DNA from: Takakia lepidozioides
Lineage: Eukaryota; Plantae; Bryophyta
Direction: 5' to 3'
DNA length: 64,000 bases
NCBI GenBank assembly: GCA_030704615.1
Contig: CM060733.1
Span: 69,874,001-69,938,000 of the forward strand
Position numbers and translations under genes: made by a program. Below are positions 39,784-50,869 of the stretch, piece after piece; the first letter of the stretch is position 1; each line of letters begins with the position of its first letter. The notes under the pieces were generated by a model that was not told the origin of the DNA, did no database searches, and was given only the letters and a program-made list of their open reading frames with translations.

Positions 39784-41110
39784 TTGAAGGACTTGGGAGC
39801 ACTGAAGGGTCAAGAGATCCGTATTGAGTTGGCCACTGACACGCCAATCTTTCGGAGACCCTATAGATACAGTGACATGGAGAGGTCTTTGATTCAGATG
39901 AGGACTCAAGATCTCTGGGAGGCAGGTTTGGTGGAGCTCTCTGGTGGAGAGTATGCTTCAGCCACAGTGATGCCAGCCAAGAAGGATGTCTATGGCAATT
40001 GGACGGAGAGACGTATGTGCGGTGATTACCGGCCTGTAAATCGTCAGACCAAGTCCGATAAGTATGCCATGCCAACACCAGAGGAGATCTTTGATGCCAT
40101 CGGGCATGCTAAGGCCTTTAGCACTTTGGATTTACGATCCGGATATCACCAGTTGCCAATCAAGGAGGCGGACAAGCAGAAGACGGCATTCTGGGGGATC
40201 AATGAGCACGGCAAGGATTGCCTATATCAGTGGCGGTTCTTACCATTTGGGCTTAAGAATGCTCCTGCAGAGTTTCAGAGAGTCATGGATAGGATTCTAG
40301 CAGGGGTGGACTTTGCTCGGTGCTACATAGATGACATCATCTTTAGTGTTACGATGAGGAGCATGAGAGACACCTTCAGGTGGTATTGGAGCGCTTGAGA
40401 GCGCACGGATTGAAGTTGCATCCGGGGAAGTGCAAGTTTTTCCACAACCAGATTGAGTATGGGTCACATGATATATCCTGGAGGATTGGGGGTACAGCAG
40501 ACTAAGGTAGGCCATTGCACAAATTCCACGCCCCACGGATGTGAGCCGAGTTCGAGCTTTCATGGGGTTGGCAAACTATTATAGACGGTTTGTCAAGGGA
40601 TTTAGTACCATTGCAAAGGCTCTAACCAAGCTGACCAAGGTGGACCAGGAGTGGCAGTGGGAAGATGAGCAGGAACGAGCTTTTCAAGAGCTCAAGGCGA
40701 GGTTGACCTCGGCGCCTATCTTGAGACGACCTATCAGGGGGCGTCCCTTTCAGCTGCATACGGATTGGAGCTGCTGGGGCTTGGAGCGGTGCTCACACAG
40801 GTGGATGATGAGGGAAGAGAGTTCGTAGTGGCTTACGCTAGCCGCTCGAACAACGCTGCAGAGGCTAAGTACAGCTCATATGAGGGAGAGTGCTTAGCTG
40901 CAGTGTGGGCCGTGGCACACTTCAGGTGCTATCTATACGGCAATCTTTTCACCCTTGTCACGGATCACCAGCCACTCAAGTGGTTGATGGAGTCAGACAA
41001 GCTTACGGGGAAGCTTGCACGGTGGGCACTTATACTCCAGGAGTATGACTTTCAGGTTGTGCATCGACCGGGTTTGGTCAATCGGGATGCGGATGGATTG
41101 AGTCGCAATC
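39784..41110 (+). CDS. pol: Reverse transcriptase + RNase H (Ty3/gypsy type)
   Basis: RRMCGDYRPVN, FSTLDLRSGYHQ, LPFGLKNAPAEFQRVMD, CYIDDII. RNase H: FQLHTDWS, YSSYEGECLAAVW, VTDHQPLKWL, NRDADGLSR. Confidence 0.95.
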
Positions 41111-41469
41111 CATGCATGAGCCAGCAGGATGACACTGGAGCTCGGTGGCATGGTGAGACGGACGAGGAGATGGTGCCGGGATGGCACGCATCTGCATTTT
41201 TGTGTATCTTGGCATCGGGAGGTCAGATTGGACCTACAACAGGGATGACTGTAGACGGAGTGTCTGAGGACCCTGAGGCTAGTGATGAGCTAGGTGGTGC
41301 CAGAGATATACATGAGGATTCGGCTGTGTTGGACTACCTCCGCACGGGAGACACGGCAGCCATTGTGACTGCCAGGGAGAGGGATCGGATCCTGCAACGA
41401 GCCAAGAGGTTCAAGTGGGAGGGGATACACCTACTTCGAGTGTGGGAGGATGGTCGGGTGAGGATTGTG

Positions 41470-42540
41470 CCTCACCCCACACAGCGTGCACGGTTAGTGC
41501 GGCATGCCCATGAGGAGTTGGGGCATTTTGGAGTGCGACGCACTCACAGTTTACTGCAGGGGCAGTATTGGTGGCGTGGTATGCATACAGAGGTGCAACA
41601 GTTGTGGCTAGGTGCATGGTGTGTGACAGGGTGCGTGCTTCATTCAACGCCCCTACACCACAGTTGCATCCTTTACCAATCATGGGATTGGGCTACAGGT
41701 GGAGTCTTGACTTCGCAGGACCGTTGCCACTGACTATGCGCCACCACAGATATGTGTTGGTGATGGTGGAGCACTTCTCCAAGTGGATTGAGTTGGTTCC
41801 ATTGCCTGACAAGGCTAGTGAGGGGGCTGCGTATGCATTCTTGGATCGTGTGCTTAGCCGATTTGGTGCTCCAGCTGAGGTACTCACGGACCAAGGGAGA
41901 GAGTTCTTGGGGGAGTTTCAGGCTTTGTGTGATAAAGCCTTGATAGACCACCGCACCACTTCTCGGGATCATCCTGAGGCCGATGGCTTAGCAGAGAGAG
42001 TTGTTCAGACGGTGAAGAGGGGTTGCGCAAGTATGGCTTGCAGAAGGGACACCTAGGAGATTGGGATCTTCAGGTTCCTTGGTTAGCCATGGGCTACAGG
42101 TTCAGCAAACAAGCATCACTTGCCTTCTCACCATATTTCCTTCTCTTTGGCCGAGAGCCGGATTTGCCTGCAGCCATTCGTAGGGACACTGCTCAAGTCC
42201 TTAACCTTGACGATCCGGACGTGTGGGTACGTGCATGTGATCAGCGTGCAGAGTTGTTCAAGAAAGTCATGCCCATGGCTTTTGAGAACCTTGCCATTGC
42301 ACAGCACCGTGATACGTTGAGGTATGCCACTATACGTGGTGGAGGATATCGTCCTGGGGTTCGGAGGTTTAGCCTGGTGACTATGTTTATTTGCAGCAGA
42401 CTGCTCCTACGACTCTGGATGTTACTGCAGGGCGTGTTATTCTGAGGGTTCGAGAGGTGTTGCCCTCAGGGGTCCTGATCTTGGAGGGTCGGGATGGCAT
42501 GACTTGGAAGGACCATGTGCGTAATTGTGCGCCATGTCAC
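41470..42540 (+). CDS. DDE integrase with HHCC zinc finger
   Basis: HEELGH...CMVC; RWSLDFAGP (D), LTDQGREF (D), ADGLAERVVQTVK (E). Confidence 0.93.
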
Positions 42541-42594
42541 CTTCCCAATGTCGATGCAGAGTTGACCCAAACTTGGCAGTGGTACCTGCAGGTT

Positions 42595-42743
42595 TGAGGT
42601 GCATGCTCTGTGGGTCTGCCAAAGGGGCAGCCACCATGCTGGTGTGTGATCGATGCTCAAGGGGTTGGCATATGGGATGCTTGACACCACCTCTTGAGAA
42701 GGTTCCTGACGGAGATTGGTTGTGTCCACACTGCTTGGGATAG
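42595..42743 (+). CDS. PHD finger at the integrase C-terminus
   Basis: CMLCGSAKGAATMLVCDRCSRGWHMGCLTPPLEKVPDGDWLCPHC*, a C4HC3 pattern with the P.G.W.C..C motif. Confidence 0.92.
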
Positions 42744-42991
42744 TGGCAGTGGACATGACTGGAGGCAGCTAACAAGACATGGGAGGCCAAGCTCATAGGA
42801 GTCAATACATGAGATCCCAAGCTCAAGTTCACAGGTTGCAAGACGGCGACTACGATGGGGCAACTCTTGCACCCGGCCTCTTGATCTATCGAGTTTGAGT
42901 GTAGTAGGGATAGTGGTGGAGGACTTAGTGAGGCTATGGTCACTATCACATCTTGTGGCTACCTGGACTTAGAGGGACCTAAGCACCAGCT

Positions 42992-43001
42992 AGGGGGGCG
43001 A
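42992..43001 (+). promoter_or_regulatory. Polypurine tract
   Basis: aggggggcga lies directly before repeat B1. Confidence 0.75.
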
Positions 43002-43190
43002 TTGTGTGGACTAGTGACTGCCATAGTGGGCAGCGTAGTGGCAGCCTAGTGACTGACTAGTTGTAGCCTAGTGGTTGGACTAGTGGCTGGACTAGTGGTA
43101 GACTAGTGGTATACTAGTGTGTGGTGTGCACATGTGTTGTGTGGTTTTGGACAGCGATGTAGTTGTGTAGCGATATGTATGCGCACGACA
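43002..43190 (+). repeat. Split direct repeat B1 (189 bp)
   Basis: Identical by eye to 43518-43706. Contains ~12-bp (g)actagtgg sub-repeats and ends GACA. Confidence 0.95.
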
Positions 43191-43192
43191 GC

Positions 43193-43517
43193 TGTCAAGT
43201 TATTTTACCACTAGTGTGAAACTAGCTAGGAAATAGCTAGCTTTTACATATTGACATTTGGGATTGGCCCAAGTGTCAATCCAGGGGTCAAGGCAGATTT
43301 AGGCCCTGGAGTGGTTATCTTCACGGCAAGCGCGGGAGGCTCATCTTTCTCGAGTTGAGCCTCACCGCGCCTAGCTATGGCGCCGTAGTGTGGATTCCCC
43401 ATGGCGTGGGGTGCACTTGGCTTGACTTGTATTTGAGTGATGAGGTTATATATGCATGAGTTTATGCTTCAGCTTTGTGAGCTCGCATGAGCTTGTGCTT
43501 GTTTTCTTCTCTTATCA
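43193..43517 (+). repeat. Split direct repeat A2 (325 bp)
   Basis: Copy of 32642-32968, separated from B1 by GC (43191-43192). Confidence 0.95.
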
Positions 43518-43706
43518 TTGTGTGGACTAGTGACTGCCATAGTGGGCAGCGTAGTGGCAGCCTAGTGACTGACTAGTTGTAGCCTAGTGGTTGGACTAGT
43601 GGCTGGACTAGTGGTAGACTAGTGGTATACTAGTGTGTGGTGTGCACATGTGTTGTGTGGTTTTGGACAGCGATGTAGTTGTGTAGCGATATGTATGCGC
43701 ACGACA
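43518..43706 (+). repeat. Split direct repeat B2 (189 bp), right terminus
   Basis: Copy of 43002-43190, followed by the TSD ACTA. Confidence 0.95.
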
Positions 43707-45469
43707 ACTACAACAGGATGCGGGACTGCCAAAATAGTCGAAAGTACCATTTTTACCAAAAAAAACCAGATAGTCGCAAAGGGCAAGTTGTTTCAGGCAT
43801 GCAGTGAAGTTGGAATGACAGTCGAATGTGCCAATGAAAAAAAATTATTGTGGTGAGGCCACCAATTCTAGATAGATGGGTTATGGATAGTAAAATATTT
43901 CACTACCCATATAGTGAAAAAACTCACTATAAGAGCCACGTGTAGTGAATAATCTCCCCATGATTTGGTAACGATAGTGAATATTGAAACTACTCGTGGT
44001 TAATAATCTCACTACTTGGTTTCACTGTAGTATTAGAGTTCACTACATAGTGAAAAATATGGAAGTAAATCACTACCAATGAAGAATATATTCTACTGTT
44101 GTCAGCGAATCTATAGTTTAATAGTTTGACTAGGATTCCACGTGTCACAATTTGGGGGTTGCACGTGTAGGGAAAGAACACATCACTATGATTAAGAAAA
44201 GATTTCACTACACATTAACTGAATAGTGGGAGCTAAACATGAAGCCGTTTGACCACACCTGCATGGGTGAAACATACTAACTGTCCACAATCTATGAGTT
44301 TCTCACTATAGCTATATATTTCACTCCATAACACTTATCACAAGTTTGCAAATCAATTCAATGGAAGACAATAGTGACAAATGCGTCCATGTAGTCGATA
44401 ATTAAACTCTGTAAACGTATTGTTTACAACCATTTTGTGGCAATGATCCACCGCAAATGTCAACAAGAGATCCCAAATTCCTCAATTTGAACATTCATAC
44501 AAGCTCTCTAGGCTTCAAGTCTTGAAGACTGCCGTATGTGGACTAAACCTGACAAAACCATGGCAGTCTGTAACTTCCCATAGATGGTTGGAAAGAAACA
44601 AGCATGGCTAAACATCAGCAAAGATTAACCAAATGATTTGTGGGCACTGCAAAATCACGAAGGTCATAGTGGCATGAAGTGACAATGTCATCCACGCCCT
44701 GCTGAGTTGGGCAGCCTCTGTGAGCATACGCAGCCGCCCTTCATTTACATCCACTGCCACTTTAAAAAGTAGGCATTGCCCTCTACAAGCCCCTGGTGCC
44801 TCAGGTAGCATATATATCTGCAATCAAACATGATTATGAGTTGTTTACATCAAGCTAAATCTGCAAACTGAGGCCCTCTTGGATGGATCTGCACCCACAC
44901 TCTATCCCTGCTCCTTCAGCTATCCATACCTATCCTCAAATCATGCATACATCCTTGCCTTGCTGCTAGCAGCTGACAATGATAGCCTAGATTTGTTCTC
45001 GGAAACACCCAACTCAACTTATCACACTAGTTCTTATGCTCAATGCATCTGCTACTCTCTATATAATCCAACAGGCATTCACCTTCTTGCCTTGATTGTC
45101 CCACCATTGATTGGGGTCAAAAAAGTATTCATTCCACAGCTTCTCGTCGTTTTTATCTGTTTCTGGATACTTTCCTGTTGTCACATTGGCAGTGTCATGT
45201 CAGTCACTCCAAACTATCAAAGGTTCACTCAACCAGCTAACTTGCAGAATTCAACATGAAAATTTAGGGCCGATCCTGATAAGAGGGAAAAACAGGATGA
45301 AATGTGTTGAAGAAGGTGCAATTGTGCTGCTGCTACTGCTGCTTCCAGTTGACCATCTATTTCTTGTACATGTCCTTCCACAGGGAATGATAGGTAATCT
45401 GGATCATCTTGATGCACTTCTGCAAGAGACAAACATAAGTATTACAGTCTGCCCAAAGATCTGGTTGGT

Positions 45470-46969
45470 TCGAGTTGGATGATTTTGTCCAAGAATTTGA
45501 TAGTTGGTGTGACTTGCAACAAATGCGCAATCCACAACTGTTTACGTCTTTTATGGCATGGAAGGGGCTATTTCAGCACCTTGAGGGGCCGCCCATGGAT
45601 GATTACCATGAGTTTAGGCGGGGGCATGAGGTTGAGATCAAAGAATAGAGGATGTACTGGTCACCCAACTATGTCTCCATCACTAGAGGCACTAGAGGGA
45701 CAAGGGCAACAACCACACCGGCAGCTTTCACAAGCAGTAGTGGGACTAGTGATACAAGAGCTACAACGTCCACCCAAGCCATTGCCGCACAGCACCAGCA
45801 CCAGTACATGTGTCTGCCTTCAACCCTATTGCGGAGTTCTTCGAAGAGTTGAGAAGTAACTACCAAGGGGTGAGGACAGAGAAGTTGCAAAGCTTGCAAG
45901 AGTTCCAACGGAACCCTACTGAGAACTTGAGGGAGGCCTTCACTCGCATGAGGCGCTTGATAAATGTAACCCAAGAGGTTACGGAAGCTCAGGCAATCCA
46001 ATTCTAGTATGGGATATTGGACAAGGAGCTGAGGAGAAGGGTGCGGGATACAACTCTCATACAAGCGGCCCAACCCACCTTAGCAAATGTGTTTTTGCTG
46101 GTAAAGCAGATAGAGCTCAACATGGTGGAGGAATGAGTGGTCATGGTGGGATTTGCTATGGAAACACCATGGGGTAGTGGTGCTCCTATCCAGCCACTAC
46201 CCCAACATGCTCAAGGCAACAAGGGGGCTCAGGTGAAGCCCAGGGAAGGACATAGATGATCTCGGATACATGGGTCTCTCCCTTCATTTGCAGGCCAGCA
46301 ACAGGTGGGTGTAGTACTATGTTGGACATGTGGAGGATCTCATGTCAAGAAGGATTGCCCAGAGGGAGGCAAAGGACCAGCACAGGCACAACTTGCACAG
46401 TTGCAGTGTGGGCATTGTGCCAAGTATGGGCATGGAGAAGCCCAATGCTATGACTTGCATCCTGAGTTGCGTTCCAATGGAACAATGGTGGCCGGGGGCG
46501 AGGTGGAGCAGCTCAGAGAGGTCAGGCACGAGGTGCAGGCCAAGGGCAAGCTCAGCATGGCCAAGGACATGGAGGTCAGGGGGTTGATCAAGGCATGGTC
46601 AACCAGCTTCAGCAGCTAGAGCAGAAACTTGCTGTTATGGCCACAGCTCAGGTGGCACCAGCTCCAAGACCTGAGGGTCCACCTCCTACTTTTGAGGGAG
46701 AAGACATGGGAGGTATGGGATTTATGTGCGGGGCAGCAATACCACTAATGAGAGGTACCACTACCACTACCACTACCACTATGTGTGGGGCACCACTACC
46801 ACTAGTAAGGGGTGTCACTACCACTACCACTATGTGCAGGGCAGCACTACCACTAGTGCAGGTGGAGTCTGCTGCTGCCGTGACTCGAGGAGCTGCACAA
46901 GTTCCTGAGCCACGAGGTGCAGAGGTGGAGTTGGATCCACAATGAGGGGAGACAAGTCGTCAGGCTAGG
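45470..46969 (+). mobile_element. Older, truncated gag fragment of the same retrotransposon family
   Basis: Colinear with ~35737-37147. Carries TGG>TAG and CGA>TGA stops, small deletions and a local triplication. Confidence 0.92.
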
Positions 46970-46989
46970 AAGCAACCACCGCGGCGGTT

Positions 46990-47420
46990 TTTGCGACGCC
47001 CAGAGCGTCGCAAGGCGACAGAGGAATTGACCAATTTGGCCAAGTCCCTGGCTGCGACGCCCAGAGCGTCGCAAGGCGGCAGAGGAATTGACCAATTTGG
47101 CCAAGTCCCTGGCTGCGACACCCTGGGCGTCGCAGGTTTGCTCTTGGAGGGCAAAAGCGTCGCTATTTTATTGCGACGCCGTTGCCGTCGCTTGGGAAGC
47201 ACGACTCGGGCGTCGCAGAACGATGTCATTTTGGCCAAGTCCATTTCTGCGACGCCGGGTCAGTCTAGAAAAAAAAAAAAAAAAAAAAAAAAACATCGCA
47301 GATTAACTGCGACGCCAAGACCGTCGCAATGGGAACGACGCCTCAGGCGTCGCAGAGCGACCCAGGGACTACCATTTTGGCCAAGTCCATTTTTGCGACG
47401 CCGAAAGCGTCGCAGGGTCA
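46990..47420. repeat. Cluster of tgcgac(g)cc-N-cgtcgca hairpin motifs, probably the subterminal region of a DNA transposon
   Basis: About 8 inverted-repeat units (e.g. tgcgacgcccagagcgtcgca), partly in a 61-bp tandem, starting where the gag homology ends. Confidence 0.7.
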
Positions 47421-47884
47421 CTCTTGTTTCCGTTTTTTTTTTTTTTTTTTCAATAAAGGAAAGGGGACAGAGGCCCTATTAATCAAATTAATAAAAGTTA
47501 TTTCCGCCGCTTTGAAAATGACACGTCAGGCGTCACAGTGCGACCCAATGTTTATATTTCTGCCATCTGGCGAAATTTTGCACTTTTTCGACCTCATAGA
47601 AAAAAAATCAAATATTCTGTTGTAAATTCCCTATTTTCTTATGGATGAAATCGCCAAACCTCTCCAAAAAAATATAAATCTTGGATGATTAATTCGTCTA
47701 ATATGGATGATATACATGGACGAAAGTACAAATGAGGATGATTCTGTCCAAAATAGATAAACAGAAAATATGGCTATTTCCAGCAAAACTCAGTAGCCAC
47801 TCCTGATATTTTGAAATTTTGAAAAAAACACATTGATGCGACCCAGGGACTGCAAATTTGGCCACGTCCGTGCATGCGACGCCT

Positions 47885-49345
47885 TGGAAATAATTGGTTT
47901 TCTCAATATACGAAGCAAGGTTGTTTGTTTGTTTGTTTTCAAGAGTTTTTTTCAACTCTTCACACATGGTCGCTGGAAATTCGTGAAAAATAGCAAAGTG
48001 GGCTTTCCTCAAACAATGATTTGCTCTATTACACGGTTACATCCACTATATATATATACTTGGTACTTTCTAGAATATAAGATGACTGTATAGTATGTGC
48101 TCAATGACACAGTCCACACTATGATTGATCACGTACTATATAGTCCAAGAGCCTAGGTGCAAAATCAAGTGTTCACACCAGTGTTGGACTGGTATCACGA
48201 AAATACGATACCAGACTAGTTCTGGTATCACAAGGGCCCACATTTCCCAATATTGGTATGGTCCTAGTATTGGGGTAAGGGGGCCGGGTAGGGTGGATAT
48301 TAGTAGGGTATCATATTTGTTTTTTCCCATCTCATATGGGGGGAATATATGAATATTGCCCAGGTATGTATATGAAATATTTAGTAGATTGAAGAAAATA
48401 TTCAATAACCTGAGAAAAAGAATTGACCTTCAGACCATACCTTGACCAACCAGACCATAAAATATACTCAATTCCTTTTACTTATACGAGTCCAGTATCT
48501 AAAATTGTTAAATTAATGTAATACCAGTGCCTGCCATGTCTCAAATTTAGTCCATAATTCACTACCAGTACTAGTCTGATATACCAATATACCAATATTG
48601 GTACAACACTGGTTCACACATGGACGCTGGAAATTGGTGAGAAATAGCAAAGTGAGCCTTCTTGGAACAATGATTTGGATATATTACTAAATAAATTCAT
48701 GGAAAAATTCAATTGATTTTTTTAAAAAAAATGGAAATGGGACAATGGCCCTTTTAATCAAATTAAATAAATTAGAGTTACAAAAAGGTGGAAGAAATAA
48801 CCACCAGGGAGGCCGTAAGGCTAACCGAGGGGGAATTTTTCAATAGTTAATTTGTTTGATTTCAAGTGTTTTTTTCAACCCTTTACACATGAAATGGGCT
48901 TTCCTCGGACAATGATTGGATATCTGTATACCTAGTAGGGACGCACCGGCTTCTCATGATTTTTGGACCTGCGGGGTGGGAGATATGGATTTTCAAGTAC
49001 TTTTGGTCCCTGGAAATTCCCGGAAAATAGCTTTCCTGGAACAATGAATGGATATATTACTAAATAAATTAATGGAAAAAAAATGGTTTTTTCAATATAT
49101 GAAGCAAGGTAGTTTTCGTTTGTTTTCAAATTTATTTCAACTCTTCACACGTGAAGTGGGGTTTCCTCGGACAATGATAGGATATCTAATACTCAATAAA
49201 TTCATGGAAAAAAATAAATTGGTTATTTCAACATACGAAGCAAGGTAGTTTATTGTGTTGTTTTCAAGTGTTTTTTTCAACTCTTGGGCTTTCCTCGGAC
49301 AATGATTGGATATCTAATAGTCAATAAGTTCATGGAAAAAAATAA
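47885..49345. repeat. AT-rich degenerate ~120-bp repeats
   Basis: Recurring ttttcaactcttcacac...gggctttcctcggacaatgattggatat...aataaattcatggaaaaa at ~47950, 48620, 48870, 49030, 49135 and 49275. Confidence 0.7.
48179..48611. mobile_element. hAT-type MITE (433 bp)
   Basis: TIRs cagtgttggac / gtacaacactg (10 of 11 match). Perfect 8-bp TSD gttcacac at 48171-48178 and 48612-48619. Confidence 0.9.
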
Positions 49346-49529
49346 AATGGTTCAATGGTAAAATCGTACAATGTTAGTTCAATGGAGGACTTTTCATGGG
49401 ATTTTGGTGTTAGCTCAACGGGCAATTGTTGGTTGTTTCCGAAGAGGTTGTTTCTGGAGAGATTATTACAATGACTGCCCCTAACAATCAAATTGAACCC
49501 ATTGTACTTTCGGAGAGGTCCCTCATCAA

Positions 49530-50260
49530 CGTATCCAAAAAATGATAATTTTTGCTCCAGAGCAAACGTTCATCTCCTTCATTCTCGTGGCACTCTATCC
49601 ACGATGGCATGCAAAATTCTCCTCTTGTTACTGTTAATATGACGGCTAGGCAAATCATTACACAATGTTTCACCATGCTCAATCACTTTCATACACAAGT
49701 GTTTCAGAGCTCCTTCATCATGATTAGATGTTGACATTTGTAACAACCTGCTGATGAAGGACTTCACTTCATTAATTCCAGTCATGACTATGTCACCCAT
49801 CCCAATGGGCTCCCAAGAGAACCTTTCCACATGAACCTCTGCACCATGAGCCCAACAGAAATGAGCCATTTCAAATTCTGATTGACTTTTATTCTCATCG
49901 GTGTGTTTCTGAACAATAAACCTTTTGGCGACTTCATATGGTATGGGTTGTCATGTTTACCAACATCAATCATTTATGAATCATCAAATCATCAATCATC
50001 ACGCAATTGAACACCAAAAGCTTCAACGGTCGTTGGTCTGTCGTGGAGACAGTGCAAAAAACAAGGCAAGCATTCTCTATGCATTCCATCTCCAGCCATT
50101 CAAGTGATGAAAAGGGCTATCGACATAAGATTCTTTTATAACATTGGGCCAATTCTTGAACTCGTCATCGTAGAATTGGATATTAAGGAAGCGGCAGATT
50201 GCAGGATGCATGCGATACGTGTTTCTCGGGGTTCGTGTCATGTATAATATGACATTTCTT
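49530..50260 (-). pseudogene. Degenerate Upf1/Sen1-like SF1 helicase C-terminal fragment
   Basis: YRMHPAICRF.NIQFYD..KN...PFH matches the QYRMHP motif. A decayed MNV..GAK may be motif VI. Many stops. Confidence 0.5.
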
Positions 50261-50869
50261 CTCCGATAATTTGGGTACAGCAAAAGTCTTGAATGATTAT
50301 AAGATTAATGTAGAGTATAATTCCGAGAAAAGAAAATCTTCTATTGTACGCTCTTGACACATCTCTCAACAAGCATCCACAAGGGTCGTGCGGAGGCAAG
50401 GCTTGGTCGATATATCTGGATGGGACCAGCCCTCAACTTCCATTGGAGGCTCCACATTCAGGATGATAGGGGAAAATATCGCTGATCCTCTGACTTTTGT
50501 AGGTTAAAGCTTCTGAAGCCTCAGTCTGGGTATCAGACAATGGTAGCCAGGGTTTTCTTTGTGGCGAGTTTTCTTAATTTCGCGAAGAATGACCCACACG
50601 CATCTGAATCCGTTACGTGGAGGCACCTGCAGCACAATGGTGACGACATAAGGCCCAAGAGTCGGAGACGAATAGTGAAGATGTAGATGAGGACGATGAT
50701 TCCGTAGGGAGAGATCCAGTCGAAATAATTGCACGAGCGAGAAGGAGTCAGGTTTTTGGGTTTATGGCTGGGTGGATTTTGTTGTTGTGTGAGCTGACGT
50801 GTACGGCCGCGAGGTACAGCCAGGGAACCCCCGCTCCGGCAGCCTCGTCGGCGAGCTGGACGCCCCATG

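Larger units (their letters stand above)
32642..43706 (+). mobile_element. Ty3/gypsy-type retrotransposon with split direct repeats (A1-internal-B1-A2-B2) encoding Gag-PR-DNMT-RT-RH-IN-PHD
   Basis: Termini TGTC (32642) and GACA (43706), flanked by ACTA at 32638-32641 and 43707-43710. Full gypsy domain order inside. Repeats listed as separate features. Confidence 0.93.

Noticed and set aside
32642-43706. Classification as DIRS/Ngaro because of split repeats and a methyltransferase
   Set aside because: No tyrosine-recombinase motifs seen. It has a protease, a DDE integrase and a TSD, and the MTase is C5-type rather than the DAM-like domain of DIRS elements.
43880-44420. Repeated cacta/tagtg motifs suggesting a CACTA element
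   Set aside because: Motifs are internal short hairpins; no terminal CACTA TIR with 3-bp TSD identified.
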